A stretch of 64,000 bases of DNA, taken from positions 32,001-96,000 of IMG/VR virus record IMGVR_UViG_642918906_000001; one strand, given 5' to 3'. This document shows, piece by piece, positions 39,308 through 49,071 of the stretch. The notes under the pieces were generated by a model. The model searched no databases and had not been told where the DNA came from. It worked only from the letters and a program-made list of their open reading frames with translations. The position numbers were made by a program, and so were the translations under genes. Position 1 is the first letter of the stretch. Each line of letters opens with the position of its first letter. This DNA is from a virus. Taxonomy: Duplodnaviria > Caudoviricetes.

Positions 39308-39685
39308 TTATGACCGACGAAGCGTCATGTAGTATTGTTGGATCTCAGCTATTGCGTTAGGGTGTGGTTCCAGTAACTTAGGAATACTGCCGTCGGAATA
39401 GACATCTCTTAAAGATGCACCAAACTGTTGCGGGTGAGTCATGCCATTGACTCGTAACATAACCCAAAACATTTCCGCCCGGTAACCTTTATATAGAAGG
39501 AAGCCATAGAAATCACTTTCAAACTGATAATACTCATCACCAGTGATATCTTTTGGTATGGCATAGATCGTTCTTAATTGAGGGAGATGCATTTCGATAA
39601 TGTGTTGGAACAAAGGTTCGTAGAACATACTTGGTCCAGGTTTAAGCATCTGATTAACAATAGTAAATGCCATTGGAGTCTCCAT
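39308..39685 (-). CDS. Conserved small protein, LysM/T4 gp53-like baseplate candidate
   Basis: FWVMLRVNGMTHP resembles the gp53/tail-X W-x-I-x-x-x-N-x-I-x-x-P motif. Confidence 0.6.
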   Translation of the reverse strand: METPMAFTIVNQMLKPGPSMFYEPLFQHIIEMHLPQLRTIYAIPKDITGDEYYQFESDFYGFLLYKGYRAEMFWVMLRVNGMTHPQQFGASLRDVYSDGSIPKLLEPHPNAIAEIQQYYMTLRRS

Positions 39686-39717
39686 AGATTTTATTTGAGA
39701 TTTATATTACTAAAGTG
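39684..39717 (+). promoter_or_regulatory. Early promoter
   Basis: TTTGAGATT-TATATTAC-TAAA-GTG. Confidence 0.85.
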
Positions 39718-39738
39718 TCTATATGGTTGGAGGATTAA

Positions 39739-39918
39739 ATGTCGGAATCATTAGAACGGGTCATAAGTAAAAAATTACCTGACGGCAAACTATATGTAGA
39801 GGAAACTAACTTGAGTGAACATTGGCATCGGCATGTTAAAGAACATGGTCCGGGGCCAGAGGCTTATGCCCTTTACAACATAGTGATGTGTTACTTTGAG
39901 GAACATAAGAATGATTGA
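39739..39918 (+). CDS. Small early protein (59 aa, not in the ORF track)
   Basis: GGAGG SD, MSESLERVISKKLPDGKLYVEE...; overlaps the beta start. Confidence 0.65.
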   Translation: MSESLERVISKKLPDGKLYVEETNLSEHWHRHVKEHGPGPEAYALYNIVMCYFEEHKND

Positions 39919-42022
39919 ACAGAAGCGCGTAGTCCGTGAATTGAAGAACCGTTATGTAGGTAACGGTATTATCGATCCATGGCTAGGTACGACATCCGCA
40001 GCTCGCGGCGCAATGTTGCTGGGCCAGATTACTCAGGCTCCTACAATCATTGGGGCGGAACAACGACTCTTTCAAACCGGTGGTGAGCTACGCTTCGGTG
40101 AACATAACTTCGATGTACGTATTCCAGAAGACTGTCAGATTCTGAACGTGGTTCGAAAGTATCCAACTGGTATGGGTGCAGATGCTATTCGACATAACCC
40201 AGAGACTACGATCGTTTATGAGAACTATTACGATGAGTTCAAAACTGTAGGTATCGTTAAGGTACCCGAGTTCATGAGCTTTCACCAGACGTTTGGTTTT
40301 AAGCTTAATAAAGCTAAAGACGTTTGGGATAACATTCATCCGGGTGCAATGGTTTCCAAAGATACCATTCTGGCCGAGTCGGCGGGTAAGTCTAAAGACG
40401 GTCACTTCTGTGCCGGTATGAACGTGAACGCATGTTTCATGTCGCACCATGCTACCATCGAGGACGGTTTCTGGATCTCTGATGAAATCCTTGAGCAATT
40501 CGCACCACACGCTTATGGTACAGCTATTGGTAGTTGTGGGCGAAAGAGCTTTCTGTTGAACGCTTATGGTAACAAACCATTCCCGGATATCGGCGATCGA
40601 ATCCGAGAAGACGGTGTTGTCTTTGCCATGCGGGATCTGTCGGATGACTTGGCTCCAGCTGAGATGACTAAGCGTGCATTGTCTGATATCGATCGTACCT
40701 TTGACCGTGTTGTAATCGGTGAACCAGGGGCTATCGTAAAAGACATCAAGATCTATCGTGATGAACGGCAGAACCCTAGTTTCATTCCATCTGGGATGGA
40801 GCCACAACTGGTTAAGTATTACGATGCTCTGTGCATGTACTATCGTGAAATTCTTCGCATCTATAATGACCTGAAGAAAAAGCGTAAAGATCGCCTGCGT
40901 ATTTCTGATGAGTTCAACCAACTGATCGTAGAAGCACTGATCTATCTACCGCAAGCTGAAGGCCAACGTAAGCTGACTCGTATGTATCGTCTTGAGCCTC
41001 TGGACGAATGGCGCATCGAGATCACTTATGAATCCCTGAAGCAACCAGGTGGTGCTTACAAGATCACTGACTTCTTCGGTGGTAAAGGTGTAGTATGTAA
41101 GACTTCTCCACGGTCTGAAATGCCAAGGGATGAGTTCGGTAATATAGCTGACGTGGTGATCTTCGGTGGTTCGACCATGCGTCGATCTAACTATGGTCGG
41201 ATTTATGAACATGGCTTCGGTGCTACTGTTCGTGATCTGTGTCAGCGTCTGCGGGTAGAGGCTGGATTTGATCGTCATGCTGAATTGAATAACATTGATT
41301 TCGCACAGTCCAAAGCATTTAATGATCCGGCATGGATCGAGTATGCATTCAACGAGTTCCAAGAACTCTGGTGGATCATTGCTCCAACCATGCATGAAAT
41401 CATGAAAGAGCATCCGAACCATAAAGAATACGTTAAGTCGGCGCTGCGTCAAGGTACTACTGTTGTTTATACACCGATCGATGATACCACTCACTTGCCA
41501 ACTGCAATGAATACTATCATCAACACCAAGTTCCGTCCGAACTATACTCCAGTTACTTATACTGATCCAGGTGGACGTGTGGTAACCACTAAGAACAACG
41601 TTCTGATTGGTCCACTGTACATGATGCTGTTGGAGAAGATTGGTGATGACTGGTCATCTGTAGCTTCTGTAAAAGTTCAACAGTTTGGTCTGCCGTCCAA
41701 GCTGAACAACTTTGACCGTTCCAGTACTCCTGGTCGTGAATCTGCTGTCCGGTCGTTCGGTGAGTCTGAGACTCGTTCGTATAACTGCACTGTAGGTCCT
41801 GAACCTACCATGGAATTGGTTGACCAGACCAACAATCCATTGGCTCACGTTGAAGTCGTTGAACAGTTCTTGACTCAAGAGAAACCGACCCGTATTGATC
41901 GGGCTGTCGATCGGAAGAAGATTCCGTTCGGTAACTCTCGTCCAGTCAGTCTGCTGAACCACATGATGCAAACTCGCGGTATTGAATTTAAATATGCGTC
42001 GAGTCCATCGGCATCGCACTAA
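39911..42022 (+). CDS. Non-virion RNAP beta C-terminal subunit (phiKZ gp71/73-like, uninterrupted)
   Basis: GMN...IEDG, KITDFFGGKGVV, RSNYGRIYE, YMMLLEK, RSFGESE. Confidence 0.93.
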   Translation: MIEQKRVVRELKNRYVGNGIIDPWLGTTSAARGAMLLGQITQAPTIIGAEQRLFQTGGELRFGEHNFDVRIPEDCQILNVVRKYPTGMGADAIRHNPETTIVYENYYDEFKTVGIVKVPEFMSFHQTFGFKLNKAKDVWDNIHPGAMVSKDTILAESAGKSKDGHFCAGMNVNACFMSHHATIEDGFWISDEILEQFAPHAYGTAIGSCGRKSFLLNAYGNKPFPDIGDRIREDGVVFAMRDLSDDLAPAEMTKRALSDIDRTFDRVVIGEPGAIVKDIKIYRDERQNPSFIPSGMEPQLVKYYDALCMYYREILRIYNDLKKKRKDRLRISDEFNQLIVEALIYLPQAEGQRKLTRMYRLEPLDEWRIEITYESLKQPGGAYKITDFFGGKGVVCKTSPRSEMPRDEFGNIADVVIFGGSTMRRSNYGRIYEHGFGATVRDLCQRLRVEAGFDRHAELNNIDFAQSKAFNDPAWIEYAFNEFQELWWIIAPTMHEIMKEHPNHKEYVKSALRQGTTVVYTPIDDTTHLPTAMNTIINTKFRPNYTPVTYTDPGGRVVTTKNNVLIGPLYMMLLEKIGDDWSSVASVKVQQFGLPSKLNNFDRSSTPGRESAVRSFGESETRSYNCTVGPEPTMELVDQTNNPLAHVEVVEQFLTQEKPTRIDRAVDRKKIPFGNSRPVSLLNHMMQTRGIEFKYASSPSASH

Positions 42023-42032
42023 GAGGTAATGC

Positions 42033-44012
42033 ATGCGTAAGTTGAATGTATATGATGCACGCGCACTGGTCAACATGTCTTATGATGACCTATACGCAAT
42101 CCCGTCTGAATGGCATACCATCAAGTTTGCCGATGGTGAACTGACTGTAAAAGATCGGATCACTAAACTAACCGCTTGGCTGTGGAGTCCCTTTCGGGGA
42201 TTCCCAGACGTACCAATCCTTAAGGAACATCATCTAAACGATCAACGCGTAACTGCTAAATCTTTGGTGAAGCTGGTTGAGAAAATCATCTGGCATATCC
42301 ATGCAACTAACCCAACACCAGTAGATCCTGAACTGTTGGCACGCTTGGCGATTGAAGCTACTAACAACTTCTATAACCAAGCAACCATTCAGCTGGGTGA
42401 GTACGTTGCAACACTCAGTATGTTTGAGATCAATGAACTATGGTGGCATCCTCGTGTTCGGGAAGCTAACACTGATATCGATCCAACGACTTATGGTATC
42501 GAACAAGTCTGCTATAAAGAGCTTAAAGACGTGTTCATGGACCCAGGTGAGTTCAAGGGTAACTCCATCACTGAAGGTCTTAAGTCTGGTACTCAAAAGC
42601 TGGATTCGTTGTATCAGGCATTCGGTGCTCGTGGTTTCCCAACTGACATCGACTCGGCGATCTTCCCTGAACCGGTACTGACTGGTTACATCGAAGGTAT
42701 CTGGGGGCTCTATGAAAACATGGTTGAGTCTCGGTCTGGTACCAAAGCTCTTCTATATAACAAAGAGTTGTTGCGTGTAACCGAGTACTTTAACCGGAAG
42801 TCTCAGCTGATCGCTCAGTATGTAAACCATCTGCATTATGGTGACTGTGGTGCCGAGTATATCTCCTTCCCGGTGATGAAAGGTTATCTCAAAGCCATGA
42901 ACGGTAAGTTCTATCTGAACGAAACCACTGGTAAGATGGATGTACTGACTGGTAATGAAACTCATCTGATCGGTAAACGAATCAAGATGCGTTCTGTGGT
43001 TGGTTGCGTGCATCCTGATCCTCAGGGTATCTGCTCTACGTGTTATGGTCTGCTTGCAGATAACATTCCACGTGGTACCAACATCGGTCAAGTAGCGGCT
43101 GTATCCATGGGTGACAAAATTACTTCGTCTGTATTGTCTACTAAACACACCGATGCTACATCGGCTGTTGAGCAATACAAGCTGGGTGGTATTGAAGCCA
43201 AGTATCTTCGTGAGGGTACGCTATCGGAAACACTCTATCTGAAACCTGAGTTAGCAGGTATGGGTTATAAGTTGATGATCTCTAAGAATGAAGCCTCTAA
43301 CTTGGCAGACGTTCTGATGATTGAAAACTTGCATGGTTATCCACCAAGCTCCGCTACTGAGATGACTAAGATTGGTTTGGTTCGTCAAGTTGATGGTGTA
43401 GACGTCGGGGACGTTCTGACTGTTAGTTTGTATAACCGTAAAGCTAGTCTGTCGCTCGAAGTGTTGAAGCATGTTAAGAAAGTGCAATGGCAGCCAGACG
43501 ATCGTGGTAACATCGTGATTGATCTTGATGGTTTCGACCACACACAACCATTCCTAACGTTGCCATATAAACACGTTAACATGTATGAAGTAATGAAGCG
43601 AATTCAAAGCTTCTTGCATTCGGGTTCGGATACCGAAGGTTCTAAACTGAGTTCCGACAAGGTAGGTTTTACTAGCAAGACCTATCTTAAGAACTACGAA
43701 AACGTCATTGAAGGTGTAGTCGCAACAGCATCGTTGATCAACGAAAAGATTAATTTGCCATTGGTACACTGTGAAGTATTGGCGTATGCTATGACAATTA
43801 AATCTGCTCAGCGTAAGGACTATAACCTGCCTAAGCCTGGTTACCTAGGTCAGTTTGAGAAATATAACAAGCTGATGCATTCACGTGACTTGGCTGGTAC
43901 GATGGCCTTTGAGAAACAGCATGAGCCTTTCGCAAACCCAGCAAGCTTCCTCTATACTGAACGTAACGATCATCCATATGGTCTTATGGTAAGAGGTGGA
44001 CAGCTCAACTAA
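42033..44012 (+). CDS. Non-virion RNAP beta' C-terminal subunit (phiKZ gp74-like)
   Basis: Bridge helix SRSGTKAL...YFNRK, DCG, RSVVGC...ICSTCYG, trigger loop NIGQVAAVSMGDKITSSVLSTKH. Confidence 0.93.
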   Translation: MRKLNVYDARALVNMSYDDLYAIPSEWHTIKFADGELTVKDRITKLTAWLWSPFRGFPDVPILKEHHLNDQRVTAKSLVKLVEKIIWHIHATNPTPVDPELLARLAIEATNNFYNQATIQLGEYVATLSMFEINELWWHPRVREANTDIDPTTYGIEQVCYKELKDVFMDPGEFKGNSITEGLKSGTQKLDSLYQAFGARGFPTDIDSAIFPEPVLTGYIEGIWGLYENMVESRSGTKALLYNKELLRVTEYFNRKSQLIAQYVNHLHYGDCGAEYISFPVMKGYLKAMNGKFYLNETTGKMDVLTGNETHLIGKRIKMRSVVGCVHPDPQGICSTCYGLLADNIPRGTNIGQVAAVSMGDKITSSVLSTKHTDATSAVEQYKLGGIEAKYLREGTLSETLYLKPELAGMGYKLMISKNEASNLADVLMIENLHGYPPSSATEMTKIGLVRQVDGVDVGDVLTVSLYNRKASLSLEVLKHVKKVQWQPDDRGNIVIDLDGFDHTQPFLTLPYKHVNMYEVMKRIQSFLHSGSDTEGSKLSSDKVGFTSKTYLKNYENVIEGVVATASLINEKINLPLVHCEVLAYAMTIKSAQRKDYNLPKPGYLGQFEKYNKLMHSRDLAGTMAFEKQHEPFANPASFLYTERNDHPYGLMVRGGQLN

Positions 44013-44028
44013 ACTGGAGGTCGAGGTG

Positions 44029-44070
44029 ACGGGGGAGCTTCGGCTCCCCCGTAGTCTCGTTTTAATTTTT
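44029..44070 (+). terminator. Hairpin terminator
   Basis: ACGGGGGAGC-TTCG-GCTCCCCCGT. Confidence 0.8.
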
Positions 44071-44071
44071 T

Positions 44072-45613
44072 ATGAAGCCCTTATTAATCGCAGAACGCTA
44101 TACTCACGGGGTACGCTTATCGGGATATACGCGAGAAACATTCGACAAAATGGCTGCGTTCCTTGAGGGACTAAACCTTAAAGAACCTAAGAAGCTTCCG
44201 GGTAACCGAATGGTGATGGAGCTTAAGAAACGTTACTATGGTGTATTCGAAGACTTGTCGGAAGTATACATCCACCGTAACAGTTTACCTGATCTGATCG
44301 GTTATCTTGAAAATCGAAACATTCCAAAAGAGTGTATCGAGATCATCGACATTCCGGTGCCTACACCAGCGACAGCTCACTACGACATGTTCGAGATGTT
44401 TGTTCTACGGGACTATCAAGAACTAATCGTTGAGGACATCCTCAGGCCACAATACCACTCTGCACGTGTTGACTTGCAGACAGGTAAAGGTAAGACACTG
44501 AGTGCTCTTGCAGCGCTTGCTAGACGCAAATGCCGGTGTGTTGTAATGGTGCCACCTAAGTACTTCGGTATTTGGATTAAAGCTCTTAAGGAGACCTACA
44601 AGGGCTATACCGACGAGTCTTTGAACTGGATGACCGTATCTGGTTCAGCCGAACTACAGAAACTTATTGACCGAGGTATTGAAAATGATCTTGAAGGGGT
44701 TGACGTCATCGTCATCTCTAACGTTACTTACCGCTCGTATATCGACAACTACGAGAAGTATGGGTCAAAGATTAGTGGACTTGGCTATAACTGTCCGCCT
44801 CCGCGATTCCATGAAGCCATTGGCGCTGGATTCCAAATCAACGACGAAATCCAAGAAGATCCAGGACTTGTGTTTCGTATTGACATGTACACTAACGTTA
44901 ATCTTCAAGTTTATCTGTCTGCTACTCCTTTCACAGGTAATGCCTATGTAACTAAGATGATTGATAAGATGCTTCCACCGGACACCATGGTACGGTTGCC
45001 GAATCTGGACGTCTATATCAACGCAATGTGTCTAAGGTACTGTGAACCGGGTATTAAACCTAAAGACTATCTGACTCCGTTTAAGAACACGTATAACCAT
45101 GCGCGTTATGAAACGCAGATGATGAAAGATAAGAAACGACTACATGCTTACAAAACGATGGTGGGTAATATCACTAAAGGTTTGTTTGTTAATGACATGC
45201 TTCCTAAACAGAAGCTATTGTTGTTGTGTGCTACTGTAGCATTCATCGACGAGATAGTAGCTTATCTAAAAGAGCGATTCCCTGATCTACAGATTAATGG
45301 GCATTACTCAGGTAGTCCGTTTGAAAGGCTACAAAAGAATGATATCACTGTATCCACGATTAAGTCGTCGGGTACTGGTGTAGACATTCACAACTTACGT
45401 GAAGTAGGTCTGTTACAGGCTACCGACTCTAAGAAGGATAATATCCAGATCTTAGGTCGGCTACGTAAGTTAAAAGACTACCCTGATGTTGTACCACGTT
45501 TAACCTTCTTAGCTTGTGAATCGATACCGCACCACATGCGTTACGCTGCAAGCAAGCGTGATCATTTCGATGGTCGTGTGCTAAACATGAAAACCATGCG
45601 CATCAACATGTAA
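44072..45613 (+). CDS. SF2 (UvsW/DEAD-like) helicase (phiKZ gp75-like)
   Basis: LRDYQ, QTGKGKT, DEIQ, SAT, GTGVD, QILGRLR. Confidence 0.92.
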   Translation: MKPLLIAERYTHGVRLSGYTRETFDKMAAFLEGLNLKEPKKLPGNRMVMELKKRYYGVFEDLSEVYIHRNSLPDLIGYLENRNIPKECIEIIDIPVPTPATAHYDMFEMFVLRDYQELIVEDILRPQYHSARVDLQTGKGKTLSALAALARRKCRCVVMVPPKYFGIWIKALKETYKGYTDESLNWMTVSGSAELQKLIDRGIENDLEGVDVIVISNVTYRSYIDNYEKYGSKISGLGYNCPPPRFHEAIGAGFQINDEIQEDPGLVFRIDMYTNVNLQVYLSATPFTGNAYVTKMIDKMLPPDTMVRLPNLDVYINAMCLRYCEPGIKPKDYLTPFKNTYNHARYETQMMKDKKRLHAYKTMVGNITKGLFVNDMLPKQKLLLLCATVAFIDEIVAYLKERFPDLQINGHYSGSPFERLQKNDITVSTIKSSGTGVDIHNLREVGLLQATDSKKDNIQILGRLRKLKDYPDVVPRLTFLACESIPHHMRYAASKRDHFDGRVLNMKTMRINM

Positions 45614-45617
45614 GCTC

Positions 45618-45646
45618 GTCCTCCCCTAGGGGAGGACTTTATTCCG
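45618..45646 (+). terminator. Hairpin terminator
   Basis: GTCCTCCC-CTAG-GGGAGGAC-TTTATTCCG. Confidence 0.85.
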
Positions 45647-45658
45647 TCGAGGTGAAAG

Positions 45659-45892
45659 ATGTTTCCAAACGCAACTTTAGAAGAACTGTCATTGGGTGGA
45701 TTCTATGGTCTATTGCTAATCCTAGCATTCAACCTGATTGTCCTTCTAATAAAGGTGGTAGGGTTCAATAGGGGGACGTATGAGGATCAGAAATCCATTA
45801 ATGATACGTTAGAGTGGTTAAGGATTTGGGGCACCTTAACGATCCTTGTAGCGGCTATCTACTTTATCGTCTATGTTGTCCCATGGCATTAA
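45659..45892 (+). CDS. Small two-TM membrane protein
   Basis: GAGGTG SD, two hydrophobic helices. Confidence 0.75.
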   Translation: MFPNATLEELSLGGFYGLLLILAFNLIVLLIKVVGFNRGTYEDQKSINDTLEWLRIWGTLTILVAAIYFIVYVVPWH

Positions 45893-45905
45893 CTAATAGA
45901 ACCCA

Positions 45906-45929
45906 TCTTAGGCCTATATTACTTCTGTG
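45906..45929 (+). promoter_or_regulatory. Early promoter
   Basis: TCTTAGGCC-TATATTAC-TTCT-GTG. Confidence 0.82.
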
Positions 45930-45948
45930 AATAAACAGGAGGTGTATT

Positions 45949-46161
45949 ATGGTCTTCATCGTAATTATTGTACTGTTGTTTGATCTGGTCATGGTGTCTA
46001 AGATTCTAGGATCGATGATTCGTGCCGACTTTAATCCAGCTGTTTACATCAATACCAAGTTTTGGGTGAGGATCGGTATCCTGATTATATTCCATGTGGT
46101 GATGGCAATCATCTCTGGATTCACTTTTTACATTGGTGCGATTGTAAGGGCGACTTTGTGA
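45949..46161 (+). CDS. Small early two-TM membrane protein
   Basis: AGGAGG SD, hydrophobic. Confidence 0.8.
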   Translation: MVFIVIIVLLFDLVMVSKILGSMIRADFNPAVYINTKFWVRIGILIIFHVVMAIISGFTFYIGAIVRATL

Positions 46162-46171
46162 GGTATGGGGC

Positions 46172-46378
46172 ATGATGAATGTGGTTTTTAAATATCGCAT
46201 GAAGGTTAAGGCTGATAGTATATTTGACTTAACCAACCGCGGTTACGTAGTCAATCAAAATGACTGCGTTGAAGGTGAATTCTGGTTGCTGACCAACAGT
46301 CCTAAATACCTGACCTCTTTTGTTGAGAGCGATGGTTTTGAAGTGGTGGTGGCAGCTGAAGAAATCCCCATGGCCTAA
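46172..46378 (+). CDS. Small hypothetical protein
   Basis: GAGG SD. Confidence 0.7.
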   Translation: MMNVVFKYRMKVKADSIFDLTNRGYVVNQNDCVEGEFWLLTNSPKYLTSFVESDGFEVVVAAEEIPMA

Positions 46379-46428
46379 CGACATAAAGCCCCTCCGAAAG
46401 GAGGGGCAATATGTTTTATTTTTTTTTT
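46379..46428. terminator. Bidirectional terminator
   Basis: CGACATAAAGCCCCTCC-GAAA-GGAGGGGCAATATG then a T-run. Confidence 0.88.
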
Positions 46429-46430
46429 CG

Positions 46431-46892
46431 TTATCGAAGACCATTCAATAGTTGGTTTGCCTGAATACCTTCTTGCACTGACTTGGATTCACATAGCTCA
46501 GCCATGAATCTTGCATCATCAAAAGGTAGTTCAAAGTATTCCAATATACCTAGCCCTGTAACAATACCGATACGATAGTTAATAAACTTACGTATCCATG
46601 TCCGACGTGGTCCACCTTCAATAATATCTTCTTTAGGGTGCAGACGCACCAAGTCTAAAGGATCATCTGTCTGGTGGGTACTGATACCACGATCACGGTG
46701 GTATGCCTTGCGGGTTACCATCTGAGTCACGACTGAACGCATTGGTCCGGTTTCCATATAGACCCGTTCCAATTCAGAGTTCTCGACTTCCTGTAATCCA
46801 AATGTGGCCATTGTTACATGGCCATCATTATCACGGAGGTCAATCTTCAGTCGACTGGCTTTAGGATCTTTTACCTCACCGGTATCGATCAA
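46431..46892 (-). CDS. Conserved hypothetical protein
   Basis: Overlaps the upstream stop (TTGA). Confidence 0.7.
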   Translation of the reverse strand: MIDTGEVKDPKASRLKIDLRDNDGHVTMATFGLQEVENSELERVYMETGPMRSVVTQMVTRKAYHRDRGISTHQTDDPLDLVRLHPKEDIIEGGPRRTWIRKFINYRIGIVTGLGILEYFELPFDDARFMAELCESKSVQEGIQANQLLNGLR

Positions 46893-48472
46893 GCAACTCT
46901 CTGGCCCGCTAACGTAAAAAAAGTTGCGAGCATGTCCAGCGGTACCAAGTGTGGTAACCGTTCATTATAAGTCAGGCCTTGCGGAGACTTACATTCTGGA
47001 CAGTTATGGGATGGCAATGCGCACAGACCAATGATGGTTTCGTTGGAGTAAGCGTTAACGCCGTCAACGAACCGTTCAAAGTATTCGTGCTCAGAGATCG
47101 TCGAGGAGATAAAGTCCATGATGATCTCTTGGTCATCAGTAAAGAACTGATCTTCCAGATTGGAAGTGTTCTCGTCCTTCAGATAGATCGCTTCAACCCA
47201 ATGTGAGTACTGTGTAGCTTTAGTCGCATGTTGCAAACGTCGGATGTACTCGTAACGTTGACCGCCTTCAGGTGATTCGTTAAATGCGCCTTTAGACATC
47301 TCGATCAGGGTATCGTACCACAGCTTAGCCGAGATACGACGTTTAGCAATACTAGGTGGCGCGATCTTGATACCAACCTCACCCATCCAGTTAATCTTAG
47401 GATTACCGATGGTGAAAGCTTCACGATAGGCTTTGAAGTCATCATCACTAGCCGGAGCGAACTGCTTAGCGATGTGGCGACGTTGTTCTTTGGTGAACAC
47501 CGCATCGTCGAAGAATACGACGTTGGACATGTTCATCTTGAACTCAGTTACGCCGTTACACTTATCAGGATCGGCAATGCAAGGGACGCTGTAGTTAAAC
47601 CCATCAGGGTACATGACGGCAGCCAATGCATGGTGCAATAGACTTTCGTCAAAAATGGACATTTCATGTTCAAGGTCACTCGGGGTAGTGTAATGACGGT
47701 TGGACGCTACGATGCAATTCAGAGCGAGGTCGGTTACAGCATCCAGCATACGGAAGCTTGCATGGGAGAAAGCCAAGCCTTTGGTATCGTTACCCAACTT
47801 AACACGCAGGGTTTGCAGTTCAGTCTGCATTGCTACCACTTCACCCAACGATGGGCGACGCAGGCGTACCCAAATACCAGAGTGTGGCAGGAAGGCTTCG
47901 TAGTTACCACCAAGACCCGCTTTCCAACTCAGGAATGCCAGAGCGGATTCTTTAGAGTTCTTCTTAGACTTATCGTAGACCTGTTGTGGACGGCCAGGGC
48001 GTACAAGCTGCTGATGTCCAGGAATAGAGATACCATCGCGCCAGTGCGATTCAGGACGCTCTGTAGCCCCCAATGGGGTTTCATCCAGAGACAGGTGATT
48101 CATACCAGCGAAGAGATTAGCTAGCCAGATGTCATCGTGTTCGTTGGTAACCAAGTTACCCGAATGCATTGCATCCAACAGCATGCTATTTCGCTCAAGC
48201 ACTTTGTTAACGTTACGATACGATTCTTGAATAATCGACATAATCGGTCGAGTATCTTTAATCGGAGTACCACAAGCCCGACGTTCCTGCGAGAAATTAA
48301 CAGCAGGTTGCTCAGGCTTGAAAAGAGGTTTCTCTGGAATCTCCAAAGAAGGTGGGAGATCAAAAATCTCCCCAGTAGGACCCGCTTCACCAGTAATGCC
48401 AGTTTCACTGGCTACACTAGCTTCTTGAAACTCATTGGTGTAGTTGTCTTCTTTGTCAAATTCATCATGCAT
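46889..48472 (-). CDS. Conserved protein with Cys pairs, T4 gp26/gp51-like baseplate hub assembly candidate
   Basis: LPHSGIWVRLRRP...E, CIADPDKC, CPEC. Confidence 0.6.
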   Translation of the reverse strand: MHDEFDKEDNYTNEFQEASVASETGITGEAGPTGEIFDLPPSLEIPEKPLFKPEQPAVNFSQERRACGTPIKDTRPIMSIIQESYRNVNKVLERNSMLLDAMHSGNLVTNEHDDIWLANLFAGMNHLSLDETPLGATERPESHWRDGISIPGHQQLVRPGRPQQVYDKSKKNSKESALAFLSWKAGLGGNYEAFLPHSGIWVRLRRPSLGEVVAMQTELQTLRVKLGNDTKGLAFSHASFRMLDAVTDLALNCIVASNRHYTTPSDLEHEMSIFDESLLHHALAAVMYPDGFNYSVPCIADPDKCNGVTEFKMNMSNVVFFDDAVFTKEQRRHIAKQFAPASDDDFKAYREAFTIGNPKINWMGEVGIKIAPPSIAKRRISAKLWYDTLIEMSKGAFNESPEGGQRYEYIRRLQHATKATQYSHWVEAIYLKDENTSNLEDQFFTDDQEIIMDFISSTISEHEYFERFVDGVNAYSNETIIGLCALPSHNCPECKSPQGLTYNERLPHLVPLDMLATFFTLAGQRVA

Positions 48473-48938
48473 CTTTCTTTTCCTCGATGGTCAGCTCAGT
48501 AATACCAACAGCTTCCAGATCAGCTACGATGTTCAGCATCAGTGGATGGATGGCTTGCTCCAAGTGACCCTGTACTTTGGTATAGCCTAGAGTAAGGCCG
48601 TTAACCAAGCTCAGTTCGGCTTCTGTAGGAGTACCCTTTTTACCCTCGTGGTGCTCATACAGACCAACCAGTGCTTGGGAGATGTTCTTTACGTCTTTGC
48701 GGAGAGTATTGTATTTTGCCTCAAACCCTTCTGGGTCTGTCAACAGAGCTTTGTATTTTTCCAGATTCACACTGATTGGGTAAATAACCAGTGCGGTTGC
48801 ATTGATACCTTCAGCCAGCGCACGACCCATCTCAGCGACGATGTCCCAGCCAGCTTGTTTGATGAGTTCTTGTGCGGCCTCAGCAGACTTGTCTGCTACT
48901 TCTTCGGTGATGAGTTCGGCGGCGTTGATTGGTTGCAT
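48465..48938 (-). CDS. Hypothetical helical protein
   Basis: AAGGA SD, TATG upstream. Confidence 0.8.
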   Translation of the reverse strand: MQPINAAELITEEVADKSAEAAQELIKQAGWDIVAEMGRALAEGINATALVIYPISVNLEKYKALLTDPEGFEAKYNTLRKDVKNISQALVGLYEHHEGKKGTPTEAELSLVNGLTLGYTKVQGHLEQAIHPLMLNIVADLEAVGITELTIEEKKDA

Positions 48939-49071
48939 TTTGTAATCCTTAAATCGATTTGGGAATTTGTGTTGTTAACATAGATATAACACGATAGGTA
49001 AACTTTACTTTAATTTAAACACTACCTACTACCATAACGGTATGTTAAAACATCTACTATTAGGTAACTAA

